From NCBI GenBank assembly GCA_038845265.1, contig JAWBQR010000006.1, positions 56,637 to 120,636 on the forward strand: DNA of 64,000 nt, read 5' to 3'. Below, piece after piece: positions 29,268 to 39,150 of the stretch. Origin of the DNA: Nitrososphaerota archaeon. Its GTDB lineage: Archaea > Thermoproteota > Nitrososphaeria_A > Caldarchaeales > Calditenuaceae. Below the pieces are notes generated by a model. That model was not told where the DNA came from. It saw only the letters and a program-made list of their open reading frames with translations, and did not search any database. Each line of letters begins with the position of its first letter. Positions within the stretch are counted from its first letter, which is position 1. The position numbers were made by a program, and so were the translations under genes.

Positions 29268-30728
29268 TTATAAATTATGCCGAACTACATTAAGTAGTTT
29301 GCCATTCATGTCATAAATGTATACAGCTAGTGGCATATTCCCCGGCAGTGAATGAGTTCCACACGCATGGCATGGGTCATAGGCCCTAAACGCCATCTCT
29401 ATCATGTTTAATATACCTTCATTTATCTGGCCTTGTCTGATCAATTGTTTTGCTGCCTTATCAATTGATAAGGCAATTCTTGCAGCATTGTTTTGTGTAG
29501 CGACTATGAGATTAGCCTGTTTAACTACTCCACGTTCATCAGTTATGTAGTGATGTATTAATGTGCCTCGAGGCGCCTCAACGACTCCCATACCTTCACT
29601 TGGTTGATCTTTAGGAATATTTCTTATATTTTGATCAGTTATATCAGGATCATTTGCTAATTCCTGAATTCTTTCTGCTGCATAAATCATCTCTATCACC
29701 CTTGCCCAGTGGTTTGCGAGAGTGTGATGAACAGGTCTACCAATCATCGAAATCATTTCCTCAAATGCTGATTGTGCCTCATGTGTAGGTAATGATTGAG
29801 AAACATTAAGTCTCGCAAGGGGTGCTACACTATATATCCCGCTATCTTCTCCATCAATGAATCCTTTCCAACCTATTTTCTTTAGGAAAGTGAATTTAAT
29901 ATATGTCCATGGCTCAACATGTTCTCCAACATATTCTAAGTACTGATGTACATCAAATTTAGCAAATTCATTACCCTTTGGGTCGACTACTCTTATTTTT
30001 CCATCATAGAAGTTGAGCTGGTTCTTCTCATCAACTAAACCCATATAATAGGTTCTATGTGTATATGCATCGCTAGTTATAAGATTGAAGTATTGGTCAT
30101 TACTTAATACTAGAGTTTTAAACAGCTTCATGGTAAATTTTGCAAATTCTACAGACTCTTCTGCTACTTGTTTTATTTTTTCTAACTCATTATTTTTTAT
30201 TGGTCTTGAGACTCCGCCAGGCACTCCTGATACTGGATGGATTGTTTTACCACCCAGCATTAGATTTATTTCTCTAAGTTTTTTACGAATTGATATAACT
30301 CTTAGCACATTTTCTTTACCAACCTTGTTAATTACTCCCAGTATGTTTCTTTCTTCTTTAGGTGAAGTCGGTCCAACTATGAAATCTGGTCCTCCTAATA
30401 TATAGACGTGGAGAGCGTGGTCTTCAAGCATGAATATGTTATACATAAGTTCTCTAATCTTTCTGGCAGTCAGTGTTGGAGGGCAATTATAGAGGTCATC
30501 AAGCGTTTTCGTAGAAGCCATGTGATGCGCCATAGGGCAGACACCGCATATCCTAGCAGTGATTTGCGGCATGTCCTCGACTGCCCTTCCCTCGGCAAAT
30601 TTTTCAAATCCCCTGAGTTCTGGTATTTGGATGTATGCTCGGTCCACGTTTCCAACATCATTTATAAATATGATTATCTTCCCATGTCCTTCAAGCCTAG
30701 TTATTGGGTCAATTACTATTTCTCTCAC
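29268..30728 (-). CDS. mvhA: [NiFe]-hydrogenase large subunit, group 3c (MvhA-like)
   Basis: TRLEGHG; RGFEKF; L1 RICGVC; L2 EMAFRAYDPCHACGTH followed by a cleavable C-terminal tail. Confidence 0.92.
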   Translation of the reverse strand: MREIVIDPITRLEGHGKIIIFINDVGNVDRAYIQIPELRGFEKFAEGRAVEDMPQITARICGVCPMAHHMASTKTLDDLYNCPPTLTARKIRELMYNIFMLEDHALHVYILGGPDFIVGPTSPKEERNILGVINKVGKENVLRVISIRKKLREINLMLGGKTIHPVSGVPGGVSRPIKNNELEKIKQVAEESVEFAKFTMKLFKTLVLSNDQYFNLITSDAYTHRTYYMGLVDEKNQLNFYDGKIRVVDPKGNEFAKFDVHQYLEYVGEHVEPWTYIKFTFLKKIGWKGFIDGEDSGIYSVAPLARLNVSQSLPTHEAQSAFEEMISMIGRPVHHTLANHWARVIEMIYAAERIQELANDPDITDQNIRNIPKDQPSEGMGVVEAPRGTLIHHYITDERGVVKQANLIVATQNNAARIALSIDKAAKQLIRQGQINEGILNMIEMAFRAYDPCHACGTHSLPGNMPLAVYIYDMNGKLLNVVRHNL

Positions 30729-31711
30729 TTTCTCACACTCCTGAGAATATTTCTTAAGCCTGATTTTGGAAGCGAGTATTTGTAAATTAAACCTAAAATG
30801 TCCGGGAGCTTTGAGATTTCTTTTCTTATTTGTTCTTCATCTTCGAGATCTAGTATACTGCCAAGGAAGGATATCGCCTTTCCTCCATAATCATGAATAT
30901 TGTCAAGTGGTCCGAAGCAGCCTGTGCAGGGCATGTTAGCTTTAATGCAGAGCGCACTGCATCCTCCTCTCGTCACAGGACCTAAGCAGGGCAATCCTTG
31001 AACTAGGAGACACTGATTTGGGTCAGGCACGAAGTGGACTACTCGTTTAAATTCTTTAATTAATACATTCTCTGGCTTTGTATCATTAAGCGGACATTCA
31101 TTGCATAACGATTTGTTGCTGGCTCCTATCACTGAGCCCTTGCTGGGAAGCTTTCCTGATAATAATATATTGATCGCTTCCCAAGTAACTTCAGGTGTTG
31201 GTGGACATCCAGGCACGTAATAATCTACGGTAATAACCTCGTCAAGAGGCTTGAGGCTAGGTAAAAATTCTGGTAAATCAATTTTAGCACCATTGATTTC
31301 TACAGGGCGAGTCTGGGAAGGTATTATTTTCTCAGGATTAACAGTAGTGGGCGTAGTTATATAGGCCCTTTCAAGTATCTCCTCTCGTCTATAATTGTTT
31401 GCTAGTCCAGGAATTCCTCCCCAACATGCACATGCTCCATATGCCACGACGAACATAGATTTTCTCCTCAGCAATTTTACTATCTTCTCATGTTCGGATA
31501 AACGAACACCGCCATTAATGAAGCTCACAGTTATTGAATCATCTGGCATAGCCTCTATGTCCGGGATCTTGAAGTCCATGGCGACAGGCCAAAACACGAT
31601 ATCGACAAGATTAACCACATCTAAAATTTTCTCACCTAAGTCTACTACTGCTTCTTCGCATCCACCACAGCTTGCGCACCAATAAAATGCAACTTTTGGA
31701 CGTATACTCAT
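30725..31711 (-). CDS. mvhG: [NiFe]-hydrogenase small subunit (MvhG-like)
   Basis: [45 protein letters not shown]. Confidence 0.92.
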   Translation of the reverse strand: MSIRPKVAFYWCASCGGCEEAVVDLGEKILDVVNLVDIVFWPVAMDFKIPDIEAMPDDSITVSFINGGVRLSEHEKIVKLLRRKSMFVVAYGACACWGGIPGLANNYRREEILERAYITTPTTVNPEKIIPSQTRPVEINGAKIDLPEFLPSLKPLDEVITVDYYVPGCPPTPEVTWEAINILLSGKLPSKGSVIGASNKSLCNECPLNDTKPENVLIKEFKRVVHFVPDPNQCLLVQGLPCLGPVTRGGCSALCIKANMPCTGCFGPLDNIHDYGGKAISFLGSILDLEDEEQIRKEISKLPDILGLIYKYSLPKSGLRNILRSVRK

Positions 31712-32145
31712 ACGGCTTCGACCTCTAATTTGACTGGGCCTAATCTTTTCAGATCTCTAACCATTTCATTTACTACTTGTACCCACTTATTTGCTTCCGA
31801 TGCTGATATCCATTCAAGTCTGAATCGCTCCTTTTCGATTCCTAATTCCTCTAACAATCTTCGGAATAAGCTATAACGTCTAAGTGCCTTTATGTTTCCA
31901 CTAATGTAGTGACAATCAGAAGGTGGATGGCAACCGGCTACGATTACACCATCAGCACCCTGCTCAAATGCCGCGAGGACGAATTGTGGATCAATACGTC
32001 CAGAACACATGACTCTGATAACTCTCACATTTGGCGGATACTGCATCCTACTAGTTCCGGCTAGGTCAACAGCAGCATAGGTACACCAATTACAGGCGAA
32101 TACAACAATTTTAGGCTCGTAGTCATTAGAGCTCATTTTAGTCAC
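31708..32145 (-). CDS. mvhD: [2Fe-2S] adaptor subunit MvhD
   Basis: [27 protein letters not shown] and WISASE motifs. Confidence 0.95.
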   Translation of the reverse strand: MTKMSSNDYEPKIVVFACNWCTYAAVDLAGTSRMQYPPNVRVIRVMCSGRIDPQFVLAAFEQGADGVIVAGCHPPSDCHYISGNIKALRRYSLFRRLLEELGIEKERFRLEWISASEANKWVQVVNEMVRDLKRLGPVKLEVEAV

Positions 32146-34078
32146 CTTTTATTAATGCCAAAACTTGAGCTAGTACCTGTCTGTCCTTAAAGCTATACTG
32201 CTGCATCGCTCCTGATGGACATGCTGCAGAACAAGTACCGCAACCCATGCATAATGCTCTCTCGACGTAGGCAATCATTCTTCCATTAATTTCTTTGAGT
32301 GAAATAGCCTTATATGGACATAAGCCCACGCAGATCCTACAACCACTACACAATTCATCATTTACGGTGGCTACAAATGGTTCAGTCTTGACTTTTCCTT
32401 TTGATAAGAGAGCAGCCGCCTTAGAAGCAGCGGCACTTCCAGTTCTAATACTCTCAATAATGTTTTTTGGCCCAGTAACTGACCCTGCTAGAAAGATGCC
32501 TTGGGTAGGAGCTTCTACTGGATTAAGCTTGAGATGCGCTTCTCTGAGAAATCCATCTGTGCCACAACTAGCTCTGGTAACTGCAAGTAGGTCTATAAGA
32601 TCCCTTCTCGGAATCATACCTACCGATAAAACGATTAAATCTACCGGTATGCTTATTTCTTCCTGAATAGTGACTTCATATACGTCAATTAAAATTCCTT
32701 CAGGGCCAATGTCCACTACTGGGGGTTCCTCAAATTTGATGAACTTAATGAGATGCTCTCCGGCCCTCTCATAAAGACTTTCATCATTTCCATAAGTATT
32801 GATGTCTTGGTAAAGAATAAACACATCTGTTTCAGGATACTTTTCTTTTATTTTGATCGCATTTATCAATGTAGATGTGCAGCACATCCTTGAACAATAA
32901 CTCTTAGAATTGGGCGTTGTATTACGCGAGCCTACGCATAATATAAAAGCGATTCTTTTAGGTATCGTTCCTCCTATTATTAATTTTCCCTGAGTTGGGC
33001 CGTCTTTATCTAAAAGTCTCTCTAGCTGGAATAGCGTAATTACATTATTATGAAGACCATATGCATATTCGCCCTTTGGTGGAATGTATGGATCATATCC
33101 AGTAGCTATGATGAGTGCTCCAACATTTAAATCCAACAATTTAGGTTGCTCAGATAAATCGATTGCATTAAACCTACATGCTTTTACGCACTCGCCACAC
33201 TTGATGCAGACTCTTTGATCTATAACATACATGAGTGGATAGGCTGTCTTAAATGGATAATAGATGGCTTTTCTTCTTGATAATCCATATTGATACTCAT
33301 CTGACAATTCGATTGGGCACTCAACTTCACATTCTCCGCACAAAATGCATTTTTCATTTATATACCGCGGATTTATTCTGATTTTTGCTTTAAAGTTGCC
33401 TGGAAAACCACCAAACTCGATTAGTTCAGAATTTGTGAATACGTGGATCTTTCTATTCTCTGCAATTTTGTTAATTAAATTATTTACTACATCGGCACCT
33501 CTTCTATCACTTTCAAGCCATCCGGTTAGGGCGGCTCTCCCCCCAAGCGTGGGGCTTTTCTCAACTAAATAAACTTCAAATCCATATTCCGCAAGGTCAA
33601 TTGCAGCCCTCATTCCAGCGACGCCACCGCCAAGCACCAAAACGGCGGGATATGTCTGAAACTCTGTCTCTTCCAATGGTTCTAGGAGAGCGGCCTTGGC
33701 AACAGCCATCCTAATTAAGTCCATAGCCTTCTTAGTGGCTGCTTCTCTATCAGAATGAGCCCATGAGCAATGCTCCCTGATATTTGCCATTTCTAATAAG
33801 TACTTATTCAGTCCTGCACTTTCTATGGCGGACCGGAATGTAGGTTCATGCATTGAGGGTGAGCAAGCAGCAACTACAACTCTATTCAAATTATGCTTCT
33901 TTATCTCTTCCTTTATCAATTCTTGGCCTACAGTTGAGCACATAAACACATAGTCGTGACTCACTATAACATTCGGAAGTTTCTTTGCATATTCACTGAC
34001 TGTTTTAACATCTACTTTTGAGGCTATGTTATGTCCACAATGACAGATAAATACTCCAACCCTAGGCTCAATACTCAT
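32138..34078 (-). CDS. hdrA: HdrA-family flavoprotein, 646 aa (N-terminal Cys domain, FAD domain, inserted and C-terminal ferredoxins)
   Basis: [31 protein letters not shown]...YCSRMCC, four CxxCxxCxxxC motifs. Confidence 0.9.
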   Translation of the reverse strand: MSIEPRVGVFICHCGHNIASKVDVKTVSEYAKKLPNVIVSHDYVFMCSTVGQELIKEEIKKHNLNRVVVAACSPSMHEPTFRSAIESAGLNKYLLEMANIREHCSWAHSDREAATKKAMDLIRMAVAKAALLEPLEETEFQTYPAVLVLGGGVAGMRAAIDLAEYGFEVYLVEKSPTLGGRAALTGWLESDRRGADVVNNLINKIAENRKIHVFTNSELIEFGGFPGNFKAKIRINPRYINEKCILCGECEVECPIELSDEYQYGLSRRKAIYYPFKTAYPLMYVIDQRVCIKCGECVKACRFNAIDLSEQPKLLDLNVGALIIATGYDPYIPPKGEYAYGLHNNVITLFQLERLLDKDGPTQGKLIIGGTIPKRIAFILCVGSRNTTPNSKSYCSRMCCTSTLINAIKIKEKYPETDVFILYQDINTYGNDESLYERAGEHLIKFIKFEEPPVVDIGPEGILIDVYEVTIQEEISIPVDLIVLSVGMIPRRDLIDLLAVTRASCGTDGFLREAHLKLNPVEAPTQGIFLAGSVTGPKNIIESIRTGSAAASKAAALLSKGKVKTEPFVATVNDELCSGCRICVGLCPYKAISLKEINGRMIAYVERALCMGCGTCSAACPSGAMQQYSFKDRQVLAQVLALIKGD

Positions 34079-35436
34079 GATTTATCACCTTTTATGGTAA
34101 TTATCTTTTCAATCATATGCCTCTTTGCAATTGTAGAGGCCTTTATCGCGGCTGAACTAGCCATCGTTACAGAGTCTGGAATGTCCCTTGCTTCAGCTGC
34201 GCCCCCAATGACAAAAATTCCCTCCATAGAAGTTGAGACAGTGTCAAGATAGGGATCCATAAGCTGTATAAATCCTCCTTTATCTGTCTTCAGTGGTATG
34301 GAAGAAATTTTATTAGGCCTAACTGCAACTGATAGAACCACCATATCAAATTCTTCTTTCTTCATGTAGCTATGCAGGGTATCCTCATAGAATAATATTA
34401 AATTCTTATTGTGCGGGTTCTCAATGATCTTGACTACTTTACCTCTGACATATTTTACTCCATACTCCGTCATGGCTCTTTTGAAGAATTCATAGAATCC
34501 CTTACCAAATGCCCTCATATCCATAAAATAAATCGTAGTATCCACGTCTGGAATGTGTTCTTTTGCTAGAATCGCTTGCTTCGTAGCGGCCATGCAGCAA
34601 AACGCAGAACAGTAATGATTGAATCTTATATCTCTTGAACCAACGCATTGAATCCAAGCTATCTTTTTTGGATGCTTTCCATCTGACCTTCTAATTAACT
34701 CTCCATTTGTTGGTCCTGTTGATGATACTAATCTCTCAAACTCTAGATGAGTGTAAACATTCTGATATTTACCGTAACCATACTCAGGAATGTTACGTGC
34801 ATCATATAGGTCTAGACCAGTAGCGACTATTATCGCTGCGACATTAATCTCAATGATTTCTGACTGTTGATTATAGTCAATAGCCTTTGTTGGGCAAACC
34901 TTCTCACATGCACCACATAACGGCTTTCCTTTTGCTTTTTCTTTAAGGTCAGGAGGTGGGTTTAGTCTCAGACATTGTGTAGGATCAATCAGTGCTTTTC
35001 GCGGGACTGCCTGAGGATATTCAATGTATATTGCCTTTCTTTGGCTGAGATTTGCGTTATACAGATCTGAGACTTTAACCGGGCATCGCTCGATACATGT
35101 CCCGCATCCTGTACATTTATTCCAATCAACATATCTTGGCTTCTTTAAAATCCTAACTGTAAAATCCCCTATCTTTCCTTTTACTTCCTGCACCTCTGAA
35201 TACGTCAGAAGCTTTACATTACTATATCTCAGAAGCGCTGCCATCTTTGGAGTCAATATGCATGACGCACAGTCAAGTGTTGGAAACGTCTTGTCAAGTT
35301 GTGCCATCTTTCCACCAATACTCGGATTCTTTTCTACTAGATAGACTTCAACTCCGTGTTCGGCGAGGTCAAGACTGGCCTGAATTCCCGCAATACCGCC
35401 ACCTATTACGAGTACTGGTTTACTCAAGTATCTCAC
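34075..35436 (-). CDS. hdrA: Short HdrA-family flavoprotein, 453 aa (QmoA-like size; lacks N-terminal and C-terminal ferredoxin domains)
   Basis: Starts at VIGGGIAG; LDKTFPTLDCASC; inserted ferredoxin; CVGSR...YCSAFCCMAATK. Confidence 0.88.
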   Translation of the reverse strand: MRYLSKPVLVIGGGIAGIQASLDLAEHGVEVYLVEKNPSIGGKMAQLDKTFPTLDCASCILTPKMAALLRYSNVKLLTYSEVQEVKGKIGDFTVRILKKPRYVDWNKCTGCGTCIERCPVKVSDLYNANLSQRKAIYIEYPQAVPRKALIDPTQCLRLNPPPDLKEKAKGKPLCGACEKVCPTKAIDYNQQSEIIEINVAAIIVATGLDLYDARNIPEYGYGKYQNVYTHLEFERLVSSTGPTNGELIRRSDGKHPKKIAWIQCVGSRDIRFNHYCSAFCCMAATKQAILAKEHIPDVDTTIYFMDMRAFGKGFYEFFKRAMTEYGVKYVRGKVVKIIENPHNKNLILFYEDTLHSYMKKEEFDMVVLSVAVRPNKISSIPLKTDKGGFIQLMDPYLDTVSTSMEGIFVIGGAAEARDIPDSVTMASSAAIKASTIAKRHMIEKIITIKGDKS

Positions 35437-36550
35437 CTCTTATGAACCCTTTTCTCGCGCTTACGTAATTAGCGATTGACTTGTATAACCAGTGGTTATG
35501 TTTGCCGAACGGTACCTCGAGTAAAAGGAAGGGAAAGACGACACCAATATGTAAGACATAAATTACATAAGACATGAAATAAACATTTAGATCGTTAAAG
35601 ATATTCATGAGTAGGCCTGTTAAGCCTATTACGAAGACATACCCTAAACTAATCCAATCAGTGGAGTGTCTAAACATCTTATAATACCAATGAATCTTTG
35701 GAGAATTACTAAGACGCTTAACAAATGGTAAGCCTGCACCGACTACGAGTAGCAGAGCAGCTACGTATCTACTCGCCATAATCACGTATGCGAATGGATA
35801 GATAGAGTAAATTGCGGGATAGATCAAGTAGATAAGGACTAGCAATATGTATAGAATTATCCCTGCTAGTATGAACATATGTTCAAGAATCCTTATTCTT
35901 TTATCGGAAATTTTTAATGCGTCATTCTCACTCTTTATCCAAAATCTTAATACTCTCTTAAATGATTCGAAGAAACTGATGACATAATCTTTGCCGCCAC
36001 CCACAAATTTGTACATTCTATATCCATTGCTTGCTAATAATCCAAGGCTAAGCACTGTTAAAAGTATTCCTATTGGTAGTATTTCAGGCAAGTTTACAAA
36101 AACGTTTTTTGATAAATAATTCATTATTGAGGAATAGAATATCGATAATAATCCAACGATAGAGATCATTGATAGAATAAAAGTGACCAAGAGTTTTTTC
36201 TTTAATGAGGAGAAGTACCACCACTTTGATATTCCTGTCCAGTCGTAAAGCGTGCTTTGGTATCTTCTTAATGATGCTAGTATCTCACATGGATTAGCAT
36301 CTCGTGGACATGCTTCAATACAGTCTCCGTGAACATTACACAGCCAAGGCACTAGGTCTTTCTGAAGCTTATCCACAAATCCCAGTTGCGCATACTTAAT
36401 TACTCTTCTAAAACTAATAAACATGCCTTCAGCTATAGCACAGGTTGCAGTGCAGGAACCACATTGATAGCATTTGAAGATGCCTTTGCCTCCTAGTTCT
36501 ATTATTTCCTTGTTGATATCTTTAAAAGATATATAAGGAGTTGCCTTCAT
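35420..36550 (-). CDS. QmoC-like protein (HdrC-type ferredoxin fused to NarI/HdrE-like membrane domain), paralogue 2
   Basis: CYQCGSCTATC, CNVHGDCIEACP, LRRY..YDWTGIS; ~6 TM segments with His; PFGKHNH. Confidence 0.8.
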   Translation of the reverse strand: MKATPYISFKDINKEIIELGGKGIFKCYQCGSCTATCAIAEGMFISFRRVIKYAQLGFVDKLQKDLVPWLCNVHGDCIEACPRDANPCEILASLRRYQSTLYDWTGISKWWYFSSLKKKLLVTFILSMISIVGLLSIFYSSIMNYLSKNVFVNLPEILPIGILLTVLSLGLLASNGYRMYKFVGGGKDYVISFFESFKRVLRFWIKSENDALKISDKRIRILEHMFILAGIILYILLVLIYLIYPAIYSIYPFAYVIMASRYVAALLLVVGAGLPFVKRLSNSPKIHWYYKMFRHSTDWISLGYVFVIGLTGLLMNIFNDLNVYFMSYVIYVLHIGVVFPFLLLEVPFGKHNHWLYKSIANYVSARKGFIRGEILE

Positions 36551-37713
36551 ATTTTTGTCACTTCAGTTATTTTGGATTGACGAATTTCGTTAATTTTAGA
36601 GAAATATAAAGCGATGGGGCGGTAGGCAATATGTGCCCACTTCGTGAACGGTACACCTAATATGAGAAATGGCACAACGACCATTAGATGGAGTGAGAAA
36701 ACTACGTATGTACCTATTGGCCATCCAATACTTCTAAATATGCCTGTTAACAATCCTGTAATGGATATCAGTACTAATAGAATGATGAACATCCAATCAG
36801 TTGGATGTGAATATTTCCAGAGTGGTTTATTCTTTTTAATGCGCCCGCTAATTACTGTAAGTCCTCCATAGGCAATTGTAAAGACCGAAAATAGTCCAAT
36901 TATGCTAAGGGGTGAAACGAATAAAAATGGATCATTTGTATGCGTAAACACCAAAAGCAGTTCGAACAGTACTAGAGAGGCTACATAGCCATAAAATATT
37001 AATAAATGAACTAACCAGTATTTTCTATCATTGCAATAGCTGAATAGCTTCTGTGTAAGGAAATTAGGAATAAGCGTCTTAAAGAATTCTCTAACATAAA
37101 TCAACAAAGGCAGTTTTACTTTAAGGTTTGAAGTTAGTCGATACATCCGGTAAATATTTATGAGAAGTATTGATGCGAGAACCGCAAAAATGAGCCGTCC
37201 AGCATTTTCCACGATTTCTATTGGAGCAAAGACAGCTAAAGCCACCTGATCTAGTATTATCGGTCCATGAAACAGGTAAATAATAATGCCTGTTAAAATT
37301 GATAATGATAAGATTGCAAAGAGCAATATCTTATTGTTAAGATATAGTAGTTTTGAGATTCCGGTCCAGTCATAAACCATGGTTAGATATCTTCTAAGCG
37401 TCATCATAAGCTCGCTTGGATTTGCATCACGTGGACAAGAATTACTGCACTCTCCGCAGGCATAACATAACCATGGTGTCAGGTCGCTTGATATTTTTTT
37501 ATCTAGTCCAAGCTGAGCATATTTAATCGATCTTCTAAAACTAATTAAGTAATCCTCAGATATTGGACAAATCGCAGTACATGACCCGCATTGATAGCAC
37601 TTCATAATTCCATCGCCGCCTAATCTAATTATTACGTCGGTAATCTTTTCTTCTTTTTGAATCGGCATTAATAGTGTTGCCACAGGCTGCCTTATTCCCA
37701 TGCTACTATTCAA
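36547..37713 (-). CDS. QmoC-like protein (HdrC-type ferredoxin fused to NarI/HdrE-like membrane domain), paralogue 1
   Basis: CYQCGSCTAICP, CYACGECSNSCP, LRRY..YDWTGIS; TM His (LVHLLIFYG, LHLMVV, PFTKWAH). Confidence 0.85.
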   Translation of the reverse strand: MNSSMGIRQPVATLLMPIQKEEKITDVIIRLGGDGIMKCYQCGSCTAICPISEDYLISFRRSIKYAQLGLDKKISSDLTPWLCYACGECSNSCPRDANPSELMMTLRRYLTMVYDWTGISKLLYLNNKILLFAILSLSILTGIIIYLFHGPIILDQVALAVFAPIEIVENAGRLIFAVLASILLINIYRMYRLTSNLKVKLPLLIYVREFFKTLIPNFLTQKLFSYCNDRKYWLVHLLIFYGYVASLVLFELLLVFTHTNDPFLFVSPLSIIGLFSVFTIAYGGLTVISGRIKKNKPLWKYSHPTDWMFIILLVLISITGLLTGIFRSIGWPIGTYVVFSLHLMVVVPFLILGVPFTKWAHIAYRPIALYFSKINEIRQSKITEVTKI

Positions 37714-37841
37714 TATTTAAATTATGACTATATATAGATGTGTTTAATTGGACTTACTGCATTAAGTTAAATATATCTGTATCTATTTGAAATTAATTGT
37801 AGGTAAGACATACATTTTAGTTAGAATTGTGACGTAAATTT

Positions 37842-38252
37842 TTGATGCATGAATTCACCGTAGCAATGGGGATTGTAGATTCATTAAAAGAATTATATTT
37901 AAACAAGGGTTTCAAGATTAATAGTTTCAAGATAGTTATCGGTGAATTATCGATGTTTAATCCAAGCATAATTAATGATCTTGTTAGAGAATTAATTAAG
38001 GAAACAGAATTAGAAAACACTAAATTTAAAGTAATTATTGAGGAAGCAAAAATCAAATGTGAATCATGCAATGAAACTCACAGCTTTAATGAACTCTCAA
38101 AACAGTTAAGTGAGGAAGAAAAAGAGATGATTCATTTTATTCCTGAATTAATTTCATCATATATGAAGTGTCCATCATGTAGTAGTAGAGATCTAAAGAT
38201 TATGAGTGGGAGGGGAGTAAAGGTGATTGACATTGCGTTGCAAAAACGATAA
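37842..38252 (+). CDS. hypA: Nickel metallochaperone HypA (long, Thermococcales-like insertion)
   Basis: MHE N-terminus; CESC and CPSC separated by EKEMIHFIPEL; SGRGV. Confidence 0.92.
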   Translation: MMHEFTVAMGIVDSLKELYLNKGFKINSFKIVIGELSMFNPSIINDLVRELIKETELENTKFKVIIEEAKIKCESCNETHSFNELSKQLSEEEKEMIHFIPELISSYMKCPSCSSRDLKIMSGRGVKVIDIALQKR

Positions 38253-39012
38253 GGAAATAATAGATTATAGAGAATCCCTAATAAGAAAAAGGCTTAGCAA
38301 GATATCGTCTTCAATTTTTATCGGTAGTGGTAAGGGTGGAGTCGGTAAAAGCCTAATAGCAGCGACGATGGGATTAATACTAAGCTCTGAGGGTTTCAAA
38401 ACTGGACTTTTAGACCTAGATATGCACGGCCCTTCATCATCTGCAATTCTTAATATTAATGAGCTACCACGCGAAGAAAAAGAAGGGTTAAAGCCACCAA
38501 CAATATGTGGATTAAAGGTCATGTCTGTAGGCTTGTTTGTAAAGGATTCGCCATTACCATTAGGCGGCCAAGCAAAAAGAGAAATCTTAAAAGAATTACT
38601 AGCGATTACAGACTTCGCCACTCTTGACTATTTAATAGTAGATCTTCCCCCTGGAACAGGTGATGAGTCATTGGCAGCAATCAATTTTATTACTAATAAT
38701 AGAGGAGTAATTCTAGTCTCTACACCCTCACTATTGTCACTCGAGGTCGTGAGACGAACTGCTTACTTCTTTATCGATATGAAGATCAAAATACTGGGAT
38801 TAATAGAGAATATGGTTAGAGAGGATAAGTTTGGTTACACTTATAAACTTGCACAAGAATTAGGAGCGCCCTTTTTGGGATACGTCCCATTCGACGAAAA
38901 GGTAATGTTTATCTATGAAAAATTAGAACCTAAATCATTGATAAATACGAAATTTTCCGAGGCACTAAAAAACGTATTAATAAACGCAAAAATTCTCAGA
39001 CATTATCACTAA
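38227..39012 (+). CDS. Mrp/MinD-family ATPase, probable ATPase-type HypB
   Basis: SGKGGVGKS, DLDMHGPS, VDLPPGTGD; ENM not followed by CxxC; overlaps hypA. Confidence 0.8.
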   Translation: MTLRCKNDKEIIDYRESLIRKRLSKISSSIFIGSGKGGVGKSLIAATMGLILSSEGFKTGLLDLDMHGPSSSAILNINELPREEKEGLKPPTICGLKVMSVGLFVKDSPLPLGGQAKREILKELLAITDFATLDYLIVDLPPGTGDESLAAINFITNNRGVILVSTPSLLSLEVVRRTAYFFIDMKIKILGLIENMVREDKFGYTYKLAQELGAPFLGYVPFDEKVMFIYEKLEPKSLINTKFSEALKNVLINAKILRHYH

Positions 39013-39150
39013 GAAGCTAGATTTTGGTCCGATTAAATTTGATTTATAATAATTTTAAACCATTAAATTATGTTTAATTAGCCGATGTAAAAAATTATTA
39101 AAAAGAATAAGATGCATTATTTTTAATTTAAAAAATGTAGAGTTTCAAGT

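Noticed and set aside
29268-35436. Selenocysteine recoding in MvhA/MvhD/HdrA
   Set aside because: ORFs are uninterrupted and have Cys at the relevant motifs; no in-frame TGA.
39013-39150. AT-rich convergent gap at the island edge as an insertion scar
   Set aside because: No direct repeat matching the other island boundary (23274-23374) was found by eye; consistent with terminators.
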